A stretch of 64,000 bases of DNA from positions 3,433-67,432 of the forward strand of contig DATKAK010000008.1 in assembly GCA_035498295.1 (NCBI GenBank). Direction: 5' to 3'. Below the pieces are notes generated by a model that saw only the letters and a program-made list of their open reading frames with translations, made no database searches and was not told the origin of the DNA. The stretch's first letter is position 1. Each line of letters begins with the position of its first letter. A program made the translations under genes and the position numbers. Positions 62,257 to 64,000 of this stretch are shown here, piece by piece. The stretch is from Gallionella sp. Its GTDB lineage: Bacteria; Pseudomonadota; Gammaproteobacteria; Burkholderiales; Gallionellaceae.

Positions 62257-62352
62257 AAATCGATGGGCGAAGGCTCGAAAAGCCCGAATCCGACCGTCAA
62301 AACGCCTGGTTGTGCTAGAATTAAATATATGATTCGGTAATCCAATGTGGCA

Positions 62353-63264
62353 ATGGTCAAGCAACGTACCTTGAAAAATTCCGTCAGTGTGACGGGAGTC
62401 GGCTTGCACAGCGGCGAGAAGGTCACACTCGGGCTGCGGCCAGCCCCGGTCAATACCGGCATCGTATTTCGCCGCGTGGATGTGAAGCCTGTCGAGGAAA
62501 TATGCGCGCGAGCCGAACTGGTGCATGACACACGTTTGTCCACCTGCATGGAGCAAGACGGGGTGAGGGTAGCCACCATCGAGCATCTGATGTCGGCTTT
62601 GGCCGGCCTCGGAGTGGATAACGCCTATGTCGATCTGGATAGTGCGGAAGTCCCGATCATGGACGGTAGCGCAGGGACATTCGTCTTTCTGCTTCAGTCC
62701 TCGGGCATCGTTGAACAATCCGCCCCCAAAAAATTCATACGCATCAAAAAGACGGTTGAGGTCAAGCAGGGTGACAAATGGGTGCGCTTCGAGCCCCACC
62801 AGGGGTACAAATTGACTTTCACCATCAATTTCGCTCACCCGGTGTTCGCCAATTCCAAACAGCATGTGACGGTCGATCTGGGCGAAGAATCCTATGTGCG
62901 CGATATCAGCCGGGCCCGCACTTTCGGTTTTATGCAGGATGTAGAGTATATGCGCGCACAGGGGCTGGCTTTAGGCGGTAGCCTGGACAATGCCATCGTA
63001 ATGGATGACTACCGCGTGCTGAACGCGGACGGTTTGCGTTTCGAGGACGAATTCGTCAAGCACAAGGTCCTCGATGCGATCGGAGATCTTTACCTTCTCG
63101 GGCATCCGCTGATCGGCGCTTTTTCCGGCTACAAATCCGGCCATGCCTTGAATAATGCGCTGTTGCGCGAACTGTTGGCGGATGATCAAGCCTGGGAGTA
63201 TGTGACTTTCGACCGTGTCGAAGAGGCTCCAGCGTTCCTGCGGTTGCAGCTTCAATCCGTTTGA
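62353..63264 (+). CDS. lpxC: UDP-3-O-acyl-GlcNAc deacetylase
   Basis: [29 protein letters not shown]. Confidence 0.96.
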   Translation: MVKQRTLKNSVSVTGVGLHSGEKVTLGLRPAPVNTGIVFRRVDVKPVEEICARAELVHDTRLSTCMEQDGVRVATIEHLMSALAGLGVDNAYVDLDSAEVPIMDGSAGTFVFLLQSSGIVEQSAPKKFIRIKKTVEVKQGDKWVRFEPHQGYKLTFTINFAHPVFANSKQHVTVDLGEESYVRDISRARTFGFMQDVEYMRAQGLALGGSLDNAIVMDDYRVLNADGLRFEDEFVKHKVLDAIGDLYLLGHPLIGAFSGYKSGHALNNALLRELLADDQAWEYVTFDRVEEAPAFLRLQLQSV

Positions 63265-63353
63265 TACGGGTGCCGAATATTCACAAACGATTGATTTATG
63301 ACTAGTGCAGCGATTCGACCTCCTGCCATTATCGACAACAAAGCGGCAGACCG

Positions 63354-63554
63354 GTGCTGATACTGCGTCTATATATCGTACTGGTGGCATTGTTGATCGT
63401 AGTATGCGGAGGAATGTATATCTTTACCCGCAATCGCCGCTACCTCGATTTTGCGCGGCAAACGCTGCGATTCAGCGTGCTGCTGCTGGCGGTCTTTGCA
63501 TTATTGTTTGCGCTGGAGCGGTATGTGCTGGTCGGTTGGTTGGCGGCACTTTGA
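63354..63554 (+). CDS. Small membrane protein (two TM helices)
   Basis: Hydrophobic 66-aa ORF with T.NRRYL.FA and ALER. Confidence 0.65.
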   Translation: MLILRLYIVLVALLIVVCGGMYIFTRNRRYLDFARQTLRFSVLLLAVFALLFALERYVLVGWLAAL

Positions 63555-63592
63555 TTGATCACGGGACCGGGGAATTGCTAAAAGATGCCTAT

Positions 63593-64000
63593 TCAGCTAT
63601 TTGATTTGGCCATCTTTTCCAGGGCGAGTTTGAGCGGAGACTGGTCCAGCGTCCGGCTGAATTCAACCAGTGTCTTTTGAGCTGTTTTGCTGAGTAGACG
63701 GGGGGAGGGTTTGGCTTGATGGCGATCGTAGGAAACTTGCACCTTGACGCGGATTCCGCTAACCTCGTGGCCCATGCCCCGCATCAAAACCGCCATTTCC
63801 GGGGCAAGTTGACGCAATTTTGCGGCGACGCTCGCATTGGCTGCCGCGATGCTGAGCATACCCAGGCGCAGGCCCAATACCTGTATTTGTCCGGATTGTG
63901 CAAGATCGGGCGGGGTGATACTGATAAATTGGCTTTGCAAGTCCGACAAAAATCGGGCTTTGGCCAGCAGCGGACGAAGTTCCTGGTCACCGTTCAGCAG
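63593..64000 (-). CDS. dciA: DciA/DUF721 family protein, 5'-truncated by the window edge
   Basis: Frame open to 64000; AANASVAAKLRQL motif; convergent position after lpxC. Confidence 0.75.
   Translation of the reverse strand: MLNGDQELRPLLAKARFLSDLQSQFISITPPDLAQSGQIQVLGLRLGMLSIAAANASVAAKLRQLAPEMAVLMRGMGHEVSGIRVKVQVSYDRHQAKPSPRLLSKTAQKTLVEFSRTLDQSPLKLALEKMAKSNS

Overview
A GC-rich chromosomal segment of a betaproteobacterium. The gene order and content suggest Nitrosomonadales, probably Gallionellaceae (inference). From left to right it holds a Lys/Ala-rich repeat protein, an MCP, a patatin, a porin/binding-protein/hybrid-kinase cassette, cysQ-cysC-manC, MarR with a perfect operator, a CDGSH protein, kup and a complete rsxABCDGE-nth operon. 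It continues with pirin/DsbA/YbhB genes, mgtA, ParA, argB-HAD-slmA-DAHP synthase, dacA-dat-ybeD-lipBA, rnpB, a TPR/GT41 glycosyltransferase and the full dcw cluster (mraZ to lpxC), ending in a partial dciA. No transposase, integrase, phage, CRISPR, tRNA or rRNA was recognised. The most unusual signal lies at the mraY-murD and ftsW-murG junctions: a 47-48 bp hairpin motif with compensatory stem changes occurs four times. In three copies its CCAAA end is fused to a 35-66 bp duplicate of the neighbouring essential gene terminus (mraY tail, ftsW tail, murG head), creating new small ORFs. Other palindromic insertions occur in murC, in the ftsW N-terminus and after argB (RPE-like, 144 bp), and an unannotated 27-aa membrane peptide ORF follows mgtA. 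All alignments and counts were made by eye.
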